A stretch of 64,000 nucleotides of DNA from an uncultured delta proteobacterium (GCA_963793865.1 CAWCBP010000006.1:186742-250741); one strand, 5' to 3'; shown: positions 41,390 through 50,995, numbered from the stretch's first letter. Program-made: numbers and translations. Notes: generated from the letters alone by a model not told the origin.

Positions 41390-42522
41390 TCATGCTTCCT
41401 GCCGCTTTGAAGAGCAGAGCTGCATTCCCGGCACATGGCTGCAGTAGGGGTCTTCGCGCATGTAGTTGCCTGTTTCCGCGTAGGCCCGCGCGCGGCATCC
41501 CCTGCAGACGCTCAGGAACTCGCACACGGCGCATTTTCCCCCGTACGCGCGGGGGTTCCTGATGTTTTGCAAAAGAGGCGAGGCCTCCCAGATTGTCTGC
41601 AGCGATGCGGTGCGCACGTCGCCGCATTCCAGGTCCAGATATCCGCAGGGCTGGACAATGCCTCTGTAGGAAATAAACAGGTAGGAAATGCCCGCCAGGC
41701 ACCCTTCAGTTATGGGTGTGCCGAAGAAAGAAAGGCGGTAGGTGCCCTCTCTCTGGTGAATGATTCTGTAAAAGTGCGGGGCGCATCCGGGGCGTATCAC
41801 CACGTCCCGTCTGACCGGCGGCATCTTCCCGCCCACCGACACATCATACAGCCAGTTCAGGCAGTCCTCATATTCGGCCGGGGACAGCTGCCGGTGCCGC
41901 AGGTTTTTCCCCTTGCCGGTGGGGACAAGAAAAAAGGGGATGAAAAAAACCGCTCCCAGATCGCTGGCGAGCTGAAGAATGCGGGGCAGATCACGATAAT
42001 TGTGCCTGGTGACGGTGGTGAGAACCGCAAAGTCCATCCCCGCTTTTTTGACCGCTTCTATTCCCTTGAGCACCGATGCGAAGGCACCGGGATAGCCGCG
42101 GAAATCATCATGGTCAGCCGCGTCGAAGGCGTCAATGCTGAAAGAAATGTATCCGAGCCCCGCGTCTTTTAAGAGGGACAGATTTTTTCCTTAACCAGGG
42201 GGCCGCAGGGGCTTAAGGTGGTGCCGATCCCTTTGCCGGTCATGTGATGGATGATTTCCGGAAGATCATCCCTGAGCATGGGTTCCCCTCCGGTTATCAT
42301 TACCACCGGTGAGCAGAAGGAGGCCATATCATCAATGAGATGCAGGCACTCCCGGGTGGACAGTTCTCCCTCTGAGGTTGCCGGCTTTTCCCCCGCGCGG
42401 CAGTGCCGGCAGTCCATCATGCACCGCCTGGTGACTTCCCAGGCTATTACCGAGAGTTCGGGTATGCCGTTTGCGTTTTGCAAAAGAACCTCAGTGGAGG
42501 AGGGATGGCTTTGATGGTTCAC
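41390..42522 (-). CDS. Radical SAM/SPASM protein, AhbD/NirJ-like (frameshift near 42185)
   Basis: AWEVTRRCMMDCRHCRA, TGGEP, HDDFRG; CAPHFYR, GCLAG..FISYRG.VQPCGYL, GKCAVCEF..C.GCRARA..EDPYC. Confidence 0.85.
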
Positions 42523-43257
42523 TGGTTAAGTAAATCATGGAGTGATGGAGTAATGGAGTACTGGATTAATGTCAAAGTACAAAAACCAAAGTTCAAAAGA
42601 ATGTCAAAGCTCAAATGCCAATGGCTGGTTGACAAAGCCATGGAGTTGTGGAAAAGCCATAAAGGCCACATAGGCGAATGTAAAATGCTGCTTTGCTAGT
42701 TTACGGTTTTCAGTTTACAGTTACCAGCACCCTGTCAACTGTCAACCGCTAACTTTTAGCTGTTCTGCCTCCTGTAAACTGTCAACTGGGAACTGTAAAC
42801 TGCTTCTTTCCCTGAACCCTATTTTGTAACCACGAAGCGCACGAAGAAGAAGGATGCATGATACACGATGCAGGATGCAAGTAAATGAAGCCGCACCGAC
42901 CCTGAACCCTTAACCCTGTTCCCTGTTTTTGTAAGCACGAAGAAAAACATTGAATCGTAGGGGCAACCCCCTGTGGTTGCCCCCACAGACCAATTTCTCA
43001 GTCGCACCGCAACTTCGAAATGACAATGCATCAGCTGTACGCGTTTTGCCGTGGACCATTGACTATCGACTGTTGACCGTTTCTTGCCCTGAACCCGGCT
43101 GGTTGACAGTCTGCAGTTTACAGTTTCCAGCAAACCAGCTGTTAACCGGCAAATGAAATCTTTTTTATAAGATGTTTTCCCCTGTATACTGTCAACTGTG
43201 AACTGTAAACTGCCAGGTTCCTGCATTTATAATTCATAATTCGTCATTCATAATTAA
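42521..43257 (+). repeat. Mosaic repeat element B
   Basis: TGGAGTRA, AATGTCAAA, CAGTTTA/TAAACTG, CCCTGAA, CACGAAG, GATGCAG, REP, TTCGAAATGAC, GTGGACC and AATTCAT modules; 42563-42713 nearly identical to 45720-45870; 42897-43092 is an inverted copy of 50553-50741. Confidence 0.9.
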
Positions 43258-43270
43258 TCTCTCCTCCTCC

Positions 43271-44419
43271 CTATCCAATGCTCCTTATGGCCTCTCCCGG
43301 CTTCATCAGCACGGAGTGCAGGGCGGGGAAGGCGCTGCCCAGGAGTCCTATGAGCATGGAAATGATCAAGCCGTAGAGCGCGATGTAAGCATCAGGGTAC
43401 ACGTGCAGCGGTACCGTGGCCGGAATGGTGATGTGATAGAACATGGGGATAAGGTATGCGAGCAGGACACCGACCATTCCTCCGCAGAAGGTTACCGCCG
43501 CGGATTCGGCCAATACCAGGGTCATAATTTTCGTTCGGGAGAAACCCAGCACCCGCATGACGCCCAGCTCTGAAGTGCGCTCCCGGATGGATATGGCGAT
43601 GCAATTGGTGACCAGCAGGAATGTGGAAACAAGCGCGATGCATCCTATGAGCCTGAAGGCGATAAGGATGGCCTTAATCTTGTCCACGATGCTGTCCATG
43701 AAGCTTTTTTGGGTTATGGTGGTGATTTGGACGGGATAGTTGTGGAAGAGCGCCTCAAGCTTCCTGCACATCTGAGGTATGATAAAGGGGTCGTCGACTT
43801 TGATGTAGGTAAAGCTCACCCTTCCCCGGTTGTCGATCACATCCTGCAGGTAGCCCAGGTTGGCGTAGACAATGTAGGAGGCGTTGCTCAGGCCGTGAAC
43901 AATGCCCCTGATGGTGACGGGTATCTCCTGAAAGCCGGTGCCCGATTTTAAAATGATTCTGTCCCCGATTTTCCACTTGTATTCTTCCATCAGGTAATAG
44001 CCCACCAGCGCGCCGGTTGTGTCCCGGGACAGCTCCTCCAGACCCATCCCGTCAATCCGCGTGATGTCCATGATCTCGCCCAGTTTCACGGGATTGATCC
44101 CCCAGACGTTTACCACTTTGGTTGACTGCTCGAAGTAGGTCAGGATCTGGAGACAGGGGTTCGCGTCCAGCACGTGCGGCAGGGCTTTTATTTTGGTGAT
44201 ATAGGTTTCGGGAAGGTCATGGTGCTTAACGTCATAGCTTTCGCTGTAGGCGATGATGTTGTTGGCGATGCTCGGCCGGTACATGATTTTGTTCATCGAC
44301 GAAAGCACGGTGAAGAGAAAAACAAAGAGAAACAGGGCGAAGGCGATGCTGATAAACACCAGAATGGTCCTGCGCCTGTTTCTCAATATGTTCTTGAATA
44401 TCACCGGCAGGTATTTCAT
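43271..44419 (-). CDS. ABC transporter permease (MacB/FtsX family)
   Basis: KNILRNRRRTIL, IRERTSELGVMRVLGFS, ES motif, four TM segments. Confidence 0.9.
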   Translation of the reverse strand: MKYLPVIFKNILRNRRRTILVFISIAFALFLFVFLFTVLSSMNKIMYRPSIANNIIAYSESYDVKHHDLPETYITKIKALPHVLDANPCLQILTYFEQSTKVVNVWGINPVKLGEIMDITRIDGMGLEELSRDTTGALVGYYLMEEYKWKIGDRIILKSGTGFQEIPVTIRGIVHGLSNASYIVYANLGYLQDVIDNRGRVSFTYIKVDDPFIIPQMCRKLEALFHNYPVQITTITQKSFMDSIVDKIKAILIAFRLIGCIALVSTFLLVTNCIAISIRERTSELGVMRVLGFSRTKIMTLVLAESAAVTFCGGMVGVLLAYLIPMFYHITIPATVPLHVYPDAYIALYGLIISMLIGLLGSAFPALHSVLMKPGEAIRSIG

Positions 44420-44495
44420 TGGTAACCTTCAAGAGATAATCATGCTTGCAAGCAATAAGTTCCTTTATAAAGTGCGCCGGAATATTTGACTTCTG

Positions 44496-45641
44496 CTATA
44501 TGTGCCTCAGGGCTTCCACAATCCGCATCCGCGACGCGGAAAGGCCGGGCAGCAGCCCTCCGCCGATACCGATGAGGACGGAGACCATCAGCCCCAGCAG
44601 CAGTATGAACGGAGAAATGGTGATGCTGAAGGCCACCTCAAACAATTCCAGTGAATAGCCGTTTACGATGATGCTGAGAGCGCTTCCGGCGATGCCGCCC
44701 AGCAGCGCGATGATCAGCGACTCCATCAGTAAGGACGCGAGAATATTGCTTCGGCTGAAGCCAAGCGCCCTGAGCGTGCCGATTTCCCTGATCCGGGCGG
44801 CAATGGTCAGGTACATCAGGTTCATGCCGCCGAAAATGGCGCCCAGTGCCATCAAAACCGCTATGATAATGCCCATCACCAGCACAAAGGTGGAGCTTTG
44901 TCCCTCAGAGGCGAAGTACTCCTTTTCACCGACGGCATCAGCCGTGGGCAGCTGCAGATTCCGGCTCAGATCCCGGATGAACGCATCCTTAAGACCGGGG
45001 GACTCCAGCCGCACGGTAACCTGTGAGAGACCGTGCATGTCAAAATCAAGCTTCATGTCTTCCTTGTCCATCCATATTTCACCTTCAAAGGTGCTGCCCC
45101 CGGTTTCGAAGATCCCGGAAATGCGGTGATTCTCTTTGCCCACCTGGAGGGTGTCTCCCAGCGCAAATTTCCTGCCGAATTTTACCGCGACCTCTTTGCC
45201 GATCATGACTTCACCCCTGCGGGGCAGGGTCCCCTGCACAACCGTGACCTGGGGGTACACCTCGAAGGCGGCGGAGGTAATGCCCCGTATCCGCAGCCAG
45301 ACCACTTTATCCTGTTCGCCGAACTTGATGAATTTTCTGTTGTACAGCTCCGGGGAGACCAGCGGGATGTCGCGGATGCTCCTGGCTATGCCCGGAAGGT
45401 ATTTTATGACATTCAACACCTCTTCTGAAAGAAGGCCGAACTCAACTGCGGGGACTGCCTTGTTCTTGATGATAACGTTCTCGTCGGAGCCGGTCTGCAT
45501 GATGGCCCCCTTCATGCTCTGCGCGGTGGCGATCATGGAGATGAAGATGAAAACGACAAGGGCAATGCCCAGGGTGATGAGAAGAGTGCTGACCCTTCTG
45601 GTGAGGAGGCTTCTGAGGCTGTATTTAAGAGGAATGGCCAA
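44496..45641 (-). CDS. ABC transporter permease (MacB/FtsX family)
   Basis: IPLKYSLRSL, ARIREIGTLRALGFS, ES motif. Confidence 0.9.
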   Translation of the reverse strand: MAIPLKYSLRSLLTRRVSTLLITLGIALVVFIFISMIATAQSMKGAIMQTGSDENVIIKNKAVPAVEFGLLSEEVLNVIKYLPGIARSIRDIPLVSPELYNRKFIKFGEQDKVVWLRIRGITSAAFEVYPQVTVVQGTLPRRGEVMIGKEVAVKFGRKFALGDTLQVGKENHRISGIFETGGSTFEGEIWMDKEDMKLDFDMHGLSQVTVRLESPGLKDAFIRDLSRNLQLPTADAVGEKEYFASEGQSSTFVLVMGIIIAVLMALGAIFGGMNLMYLTIAARIREIGTLRALGFSRSNILASLLMESLIIALLGGIAGSALSIIVNGYSLELFEVAFSITISPFILLLGLMVSVLIGIGGGLLPGLSASRMRIVEALRHI

Positions 45642-45660
45642 AGGACGGAACCTCTGTGGT

Positions 45661-46316
45661 AGTTAGCTGGTTACCTGGTTCGATAGTTTAATCCTGAAGT
45701 AATGGAGTGGTGGAGTATTGGATTAATGTCAAAGGACAAAATCCAAAGTTCAAATGAATGTCAAAGCTCAAATGCCAATGGCTGGTTGACAAAGCCATGG
45801 AGTTGTGGAAAAGTCATAAAGGCCACATAGGCGAATGTAAAATGCTGCTTTGTTAGTTTACAGTTTTCAGCCCCCTGCGAACTATTGCTTTTGCTGCGCC
45901 CCTGTAAACTGTCAACTGGGAACTGTCAACTGCCTTTCCCCCTGACCCCTATTTTTATAACCACGAAGAGCACGAAGAAAAAACACGAAGAGCACAAAGA
46001 AAAACATTGAATCGTAGGGGCAACCCCCCGTGGTTGCCCTACAGTCAGATTTCTCAGTCGCACCGCAACTTCGAAATGACAATGCAGCAGTAACTGTGAG
46101 TGTTCTTGCCGTGGACTGTCGACTGCGGACTATTGACTGTTTTTACCCTGAACCCGGCTGGTTTACAGTCTGCAGTTCACAGTTTACAGCGGGTAGCTCC
46201 AGAAAACTGTCGTTTTCGCCGTCAACCGTAAACTGGCAACTGTAAACTGTTCCTCCACCCTGACCCCTGAACCTTTTACCCTCGTTTTTCCTGACGTCAA
46301 CCGTAAACTGTAAACT
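45661..46316 (+). repeat. Mosaic repeat element C
   Basis: Same modules and orientation as B; 45941-46150 is an inverted copy of 49198-49411. Confidence 0.9.
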
Positions 46317-46323
46317 TTTCTCT

Positions 46324-47004
46324 CTAACCGTCCACGAGGCTTCCCTTATGCAGCTGCAGCCTTCGTCCCGAATAATTCAGGGCCTCGGGGTCGTGCGTGA
46401 CCATGATGAATGTTTTGTTGAACTCCTCGTTGAGCATTTTCATGAGGTTCAATATTTCGTGGGCCGCCCTGGAATCAAGATCGCCGGTGGGTTCATCGGC
46501 CAGAATAATCCTGGGGTCCGTGGCAAAGGCCCGGGCGATAGCCACGCGCTGTTCCTGCCCTCCCGAAAGCTGACGGGGGTAGTGGTCCATTCTGTCTGCC
46601 AATCCCACCAGGCGAAGGGCCGTCTCAACATGTTCCTTTCGCTCATGTGCCTTGAGGCTGGTGAGCAGGAGGGGAAGTTCAACATTCTCGTAGGCAGTCA
46701 GGACGGGAATGAGATTGTAGAGCTGGAAGATAAAGCCGATGGTGCGGTTTCGCCATTTGCCCAGGTGTTTTTCGGGGATGGCATTTATCTCCCGGCCGTC
46801 TATAACGATGCTTCCCGATGTGGGGTTGTCAATCGCGGAGATGATGTTGAGGAGGGTTGTTTTTCCTGAACCGGAAGGCCCCATCAAGCCTACAAACTCG
46901 CCGCTTCCTATTTGCAGGTTAATGTTGTCGAGAACTTTGATTTCGATGGAGTCGCGGAAGAAAGACTTGTGGAGGTTCTTGATGCTGACGAGTGGCTCTA
47001 ACAT
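46324..47004 (-). CDS. ABC transporter ATP-binding protein (LolD/MacB-like)
   Basis: [28 protein letters not shown]. Confidence 0.95.
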   Translation of the reverse strand: MLEPLVSIKNLHKSFFRDSIEIKVLDNINLQIGSGEFVGLMGPSGSGKTTLLNIISAIDNPTSGSIVIDGREINAIPEKHLGKWRNRTIGFIFQLYNLIPVLTAYENVELPLLLTSLKAHERKEHVETALRLVGLADRMDHYPRQLSGGQEQRVAIARAFATDPRIILADEPTGDLDSRAAHEILNLMKMLNEEFNKTFIMVTHDPEALNYSGRRLQLHKGSLVDG

Positions 47005-47080
47005 ACAAGTTCGCTCTGCATGGGGTGAGAGGTGTATGTTCAATAGCCTTACGCGGATAGCAATATTACCTGTGACTCAT

Positions 47081-47096
47081 AGCATGTCACGTGCCA
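47081..47096 (-). promoter_or_regulatory. Putative sigma54 -24/-12 promoter upstream of the ABC ATPase
   Basis: Minus strand TGGCAC-GTGAC-ATGCT (GG-N10-GC); part of a 29-bp segment repeated at 50371-50399. Confidence 0.7.
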
Positions 47097-47502
47097 TGAA
47101 TTCAACATTTTTATATCAAAATTTTTCTTAATATTCATAGTGTCTTAAAACTATTAAGCAATGGATTAGTCCATTATGCCCACAATAGTAGACAATTTTG
47201 TAAACAATAATAGTCAATTTGTGGTGAATTATTCTCTGGATGACATTACCATAGTTGCGCCTTAATAATCCCATCTAATTGATATATAATGATTATTATT
47301 GCAGGCCCAGCTTTGCAAAGGATAGAGAGACGCGAACCTTTTTGGGTAGAAGGGGGGATCTTGAGGAAAACCTGACTGGCTGGCTTATACGGTCGATGCT
47401 AAATATTGCTTGATATATTCCATGTAACGGTGGAAATCGCTTAAGCGATTTTGAAGGACGGAGTATATTTTTGTTAAATCAAGGCGTGCATATTCGTGTA
47501 CA

Positions 47503-47642
47503 GAGACGAGGGGACAGGGTTCATGTTGAGGGTGCAGGGGGAAAAGCAGTTGTTCCTAATTTGAACTTTGGATTTTTTCTTGACATTGGCCTATTTGGTC
47601 TTTATGCCTTTTTCAAACCAGCCGACCAGCCAACCAGCTCGG
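47503..47642 (-). repeat. Mosaic repeat element D (short, inverted relative to B/C)
   Basis: GACGAGGGGACAGGGT, TTTGAACTTTGGATTTT..TGACATT, AACCAGC array. Confidence 0.75.
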
Positions 47643-47690
47643 CTGATTTAATTCCTGCAATTTTTTCTCAACCACCATCTTGTCAATCAA
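47613..47690 (-). pseudogene. Truncated HEPN (HepT/DUF86-like) gene stub
   Basis: TTG overlapping the MNT stop gives MIDKMVVEKKLQELNQ (compare MLDKNLILRKLSELED of 48195-48608), then runs into repeat D and stops. Confidence 0.65.
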
Positions 47691-48106
47691 TGAGGTCCCC
47701 CGGCATTCAAGTGCGGTTTAATCAATTCTTTAAAGTCGATATATCTGTCGATGGTGTTTGTTTGAAATTGGATGCGCTTTTTTTCATTCTTCGAGTGAAT
47801 AAGTTTTCCGTTGTATAATACTCGATGTCTTAGCAGGGTGTTGGCCTCATTAAGGATTACTAAATCAACATGGTTTGTTTTAAGTATCTGCATCAGATCA
47901 GCGAGAATTTCTGCTTTGTAGCCATACCTGAATTTGTCTTCATTAATCTGCTGGTCATCAATAAGTATCGCTATATCAATGTCACTTAAAGCGCTTTCTG
48001 TTCCCCGAGCCATGGAACCAAAAATATAGGCCACTTCTATTTCCGGGTGCCGTTCACAATATTCTGCCAGGTTTTTTTTGACGCTTTCAACACTCTTGTC
48101 TTTCAT
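47687..48106 (-). CDS. Minimal nucleotidyltransferase (MNT/MntA-type antitoxin)
   Basis: AYIFGSMARG....SDIDIA, VDLVILN. Confidence 0.88.
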   Translation of the reverse strand: MKDKSVESVKKNLAEYCERHPEIEVAYIFGSMARGTESALSDIDIAILIDDQQINEDKFRYGYKAEILADLMQILKTNHVDLVILNEANTLLRHRVLYNGKLIHSKNEKKRIQFQTNTIDRYIDFKELIKPHLNAGGPH

Positions 48107-48194
48107 AGTATTTGCTGCAATTGCTGAACAACCCTAAAAGTGCGCTCTGCCCTCTGCACATTTGTCCTTTCTCTTTCTATTCTTTCATGGGATG

Positions 48195-48608
48195 CTAAAA
48201 TATCTCAAGGATGGCATTACGAAAAAGAGTAAAGTCATTTAGATTGTTCTTTAATAAAGGGATGACTATTGCGGGATCGACTTTTTCATAATTATGAACA
48301 AGTATATTTCTAAATCGGGCCATTTGCTGAAGACGACACATGAGCGATTCATCCAAAATCTGCGCCTCAAAAAGCACCAGAAAGGTATCGGAATAACTTG
48401 TGGGGATCCTGTATTTTTTTGCGGATATGAGATGATGACAGATATCAACGCAAATTTCTATCATGAGCTGCAATGTTCTTTCAATTATGCGCTGTACTTT
48501 CCAATCATTGATATAATCGTTGACTGTAATGGTTTTATATTCTTCTAGTTGGGACTGATAATCTTCTAACTCTGATAATTTTCTCAGGATAAGGTTCTTA
48601 TCGAGCAA
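48195..48608 (-). CDS. HEPN RNase toxin (HepT/DUF86)
   Basis: ERTLQ..IE..VDI..H, FRNILVHNY (RX4HXY). Confidence 0.9.
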   Translation of the reverse strand: MLDKNLILRKLSELEDYQSQLEEYKTITVNDYINDWKVQRIIERTLQLMIEICVDICHHLISAKKYRIPTSYSDTFLVLFEAQILDESLMCRLQQMARFRNILVHNYEKVDPAIVIPLLKNNLNDFTLFRNAILEIF

Positions 48609-49008
48609 GCGAAAATCTCCTTTCGAACATGTTGTTCTCTTTTAAGGAAAAATCGTAATATTGTCTTAAGACTAGGGATTCAAAGGCATGTCTTTTAAAA
48701 GGAGATTTATCAACCAGAATCTCCTTGTTTTGAATAACCCGGGCTGTAAGCGTAAGAGGAGCAGTATTCAAGATCACCAAGTCAATTGCGTCTGTTTTTA
48801 ATGTTTCAATTAATGTACCGATCAGGTCAAATTTTTCTCTCTTTGTATCGGTGTGTGGATTTAAATAGACAGCAACATCAACATCACTCATGGGTGTTAC
48901 CGTCCCGGTTGCAGAACTGCCAAAAAGGTACGCAAAAATGATGTGCTGGTCATTTTTTAAAATGAGTTTCAATTGTTTCTTGTATTTTTCAAGTAAAGTT
49001 CTGTTCAT
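48598..49008 (-). CDS. Minimal nucleotidyltransferase (MNT/MntA-type antitoxin)
   Basis: AYLFGSSATG....SDVDVAV, IDLVILN; overlaps the HEPN gene. Confidence 0.9.
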   Translation of the reverse strand: MNRTLLEKYKKQLKLILKNDQHIIFAYLFGSSATGTVTPMSDVDVAVYLNPHTDTKREKFDLIGTLIETLKTDAIDLVILNTAPLTLTARVIQNKEILVDKSPFKRHAFESLVLRQYYDFSLKENNMFERRFSLAR

Positions 49009-49185
49009 TGGGAGCTAAAAGTCCGGCCAAACATAGGATGTCTATGGCAGACTAGAATCTCCATCAACGACTATGTGTTGGGTAATGTTTATGAGACGAT
49101 TCACAATCTAAAAAAAGATTTTATCAATAGGCTAATAATATCACTCATATATGCAAAAAACAAGGATATTAAATGAGGGGGCAGA

Positions 49186-49565
49186 AAGACGAGGGGACAG
49201 GGTCAAAAAAAGTCAATAGTCCACGGTCGACAGTCCACAGCAGGGGCGCGCACAGTTCTGATGCATTGTCATTTCGAAGTTGCGGTGTGACTGAGAAATT
49301 GATCTGTGGGGGCAACCACAGGGGGTTGCCCCTACGATTCAATGTTTTTCTTCATGTGCTCTTCGTGCTTTTTTCTTCGTGCGCTTCGTGGTTACAAAAA
49401 TAGGGTACAGGGGACAGGGAGCAGGGAAAGGCAGTTTCCGGTTACCGGTTGACAGTTTGCAGCAAAAGAAAAGTTGGCAGGGGGATGACAACTGTAAACT
49501 AGGAAAGCAGCATTTGAACTTTTGATTTTGTCATTTGACATTACTCCACTACTCCAGCACTCCCG
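49186..49565 (-). repeat. Mosaic repeat element E (inverted partner of C)
   Basis: Reverse complement of C modules in mirrored order. Confidence 0.9.
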
Positions 49566-49586
49566 TATTTGCCAATCAGCTCACCA

Positions 49587-49814
49587 TCACAGCTTAAAAT
49601 TATCCCCTTGTATTTTTCTCAAGGGTTTTATTGTGTGGTTTGCAAACGCATTGGCGGCGGATAAAAATGCTATGTAGGTGTCTAAATCAGCGGCGTCAAT
49701 TTCCTTGAGATGCCGAAGCTGATTTTCTCGCATTCTCCGGAAATCATTCTTCAATTGTTCGCTGCGGGATAATTGCAGCATCTCTTCCTTTTCTTCTTTA
49801 CTCAACCGAGCCAT
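49587..49814 (-). CDS. Small hypothetical protein paired with the nucleotidyltransferase
   Basis: 75-aa ORF overlapping the 3' end of 49798-50349, with RBS (AGGAG). Confidence 0.65.
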   Translation of the reverse strand: MARLSKEEKEEMLQLSRSEQLKNDFRRMRENQLRHLKEIDAADLDTYIAFLSAANAFANHTIKPLRKIQGDNFKL

Positions 49815-50349
49815 GAGTCTCCTTTAAAATCCGGAATTGTTCCTCCTGGCCGAAAAGCACGAAATAATCTTTTATCAAGTCCCAATCCAACTTTTCCCGG
49901 TAATGGCCGGCAATGGCCTCGATGTCCGCGTAGTCACGGTTTTTTCTTGAGTCATCATTAACCAGTGCCTGCAGCTTAAGACCTATAATGTCTTCCGGAC
50001 TTACAACCCGTATGCTCAATTTTCTGTCAAACACGGCTAAGTCCTTTGCACGATCGATCATTGAACGCGAAGGCTTTCTGAAGGCATGCAAAAAGTCTAT
50101 CTCTCCCATGGTGTTGATACGGGATACATACTGGGAGGCATTCTCAGATTTAAAGACGCAGGTGTAATCATATTTTATCAGTATGGCGTCCGCTTTCGGA
50201 AGGTCATTTAAATCTATAAGAAAATCGAGATCCATGGTGCTGCGCACAATACCCAATGCCCCCATGGCAAAGCCGCCGATGAGGGCATAGCGTACCTTTT
50301 CTTCAGAAAATTCCTTTGCCAGAATTGTAAGGACCTTGTCAAAATCCAC
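49798..50349 (-). CDS. Pol-beta superfamily nucleotidyltransferase (AbiEii/DUF6036-like)
   Basis: YALIGGFAM..G.VRSTMDLDFL, IDFL, PEDIIGLK, RDYADI. Confidence 0.8.
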   Translation of the reverse strand: MDFDKVLTILAKEFSEEKVRYALIGGFAMGALGIVRSTMDLDFLIDLNDLPKADAILIKYDYTCVFKSENASQYVSRINTMGEIDFLHAFRKPSRSMIDRAKDLAVFDRKLSIRVVSPEDIIGLKLQALVNDDSRKNRDYADIEAIAGHYREKLDWDLIKDYFVLFGQEEQFRILKETHGSVE

Positions 50350-50374
50350 GCGCCCGTCCTGAATAAAGATTCAT

Positions 50375-50390
50375 AGCATGTCATGTGCCA
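50375..50390 (-). promoter_or_regulatory. Putative sigma54 -24/-12 promoter upstream of the nucleotidyltransferase
   Basis: Minus strand TGGCAC-ATGAC-ATGCT; duplicate of 47081-47096. Confidence 0.65.
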
Positions 50391-50439
50391 TGAATTCAAA
50401 ATTATCATTCACGTTTGAAAAAGGCAAGGATTAAACAAA

Positions 50440-50995
50440 CAGGGGTCAGGGATGCAGGGTGCAGGGGAAAACAGTTTGCAGTTCCAGTTGACAGTTTACA
50501 GAGCTGCTGGAAACTGTAAACCGAAAACTGTAAACTAACGAGGGTTCAGGGGTCAGGGCAAGAAACGGTCAACAGTCGATAGTCAATGGTCCACGGCAAA
50601 ATGCGTACAGCTGATTCATTGTCATTTCGAAGTTGCGGTGCGACTGAGAAATTGGTCTGTGGGGGCAACACAGGGGGTTGCCCCTACGATTCAATGTTTT
50701 TCTTCATGCTTACAAACAACAGGGTTAAGGGCTCAGGGTCGAACAGGGTTCAGGGTCGAGAAACAGTTTACAGTTACCAGTTGCCGGCGAAAACGATAGT
50801 TTACAGGAGCTGCCCACCGTGAACTGAGAACTGTAGACTGTAAACCAGCCGGGTGAAGGAGAGGAGAAACGCCTCTTTCCTGTATCCTGCATCAGGTTCT
50901 CAGCTCAACCAGCCTTTGGCATTTGAGCTTTGACTTTCAATTGAACTTTGGATTTTGTCATTTGACATTAATCCATTACTCCAGTACTCCCCAGT
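50440..50995 (-). repeat. Mosaic repeat element F (inverted partner of B, with one module matching C)
   Basis: 50553-50741 is the reverse complement of 42897-43092; 50758-50855 is the reverse complement of 46150-46255; ends with AATGTCAAA and TGGAGT modules inverted. Confidence 0.9.

Noticed and set aside
1184..42522. Split ORFs in dapL, ruvX, mltG, dnaB (5' end), the Clp ATPase and the AhbD-like gene as pseudogenes or programmed frameshifts
   Set aside because: Each is repaired by a 1-nt change in a homopolymer (e.g. CTCTCCCCCGG needs one more C to read LSPRY), and several are normally essential genes, so long-read indel errors are the simpler explanation.
41390..47004. Radical SAM/SPASM gene plus ABC exporter as a RiPP cluster
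   Set aside because: The enzyme resembles AhbD/NirJ heme-synthesis proteins, and I saw no precursor peptide, RRE or peptidase.
49042..49104. Possible second gene stub (VNRLINITQHIVVDGDSSLP) upstream of the MNT
   Set aside because: Too short, and similarity to any family is too weak to support.
42521..50995. Repeats as a CRISPR array or integron attC sites
   Set aside because: No constant repeat with unique equal-length spacers, no cas or intI gene, and no clear RYYYAAC...GTTRRRY attC boundaries; the elements are long mosaics in both orientations.
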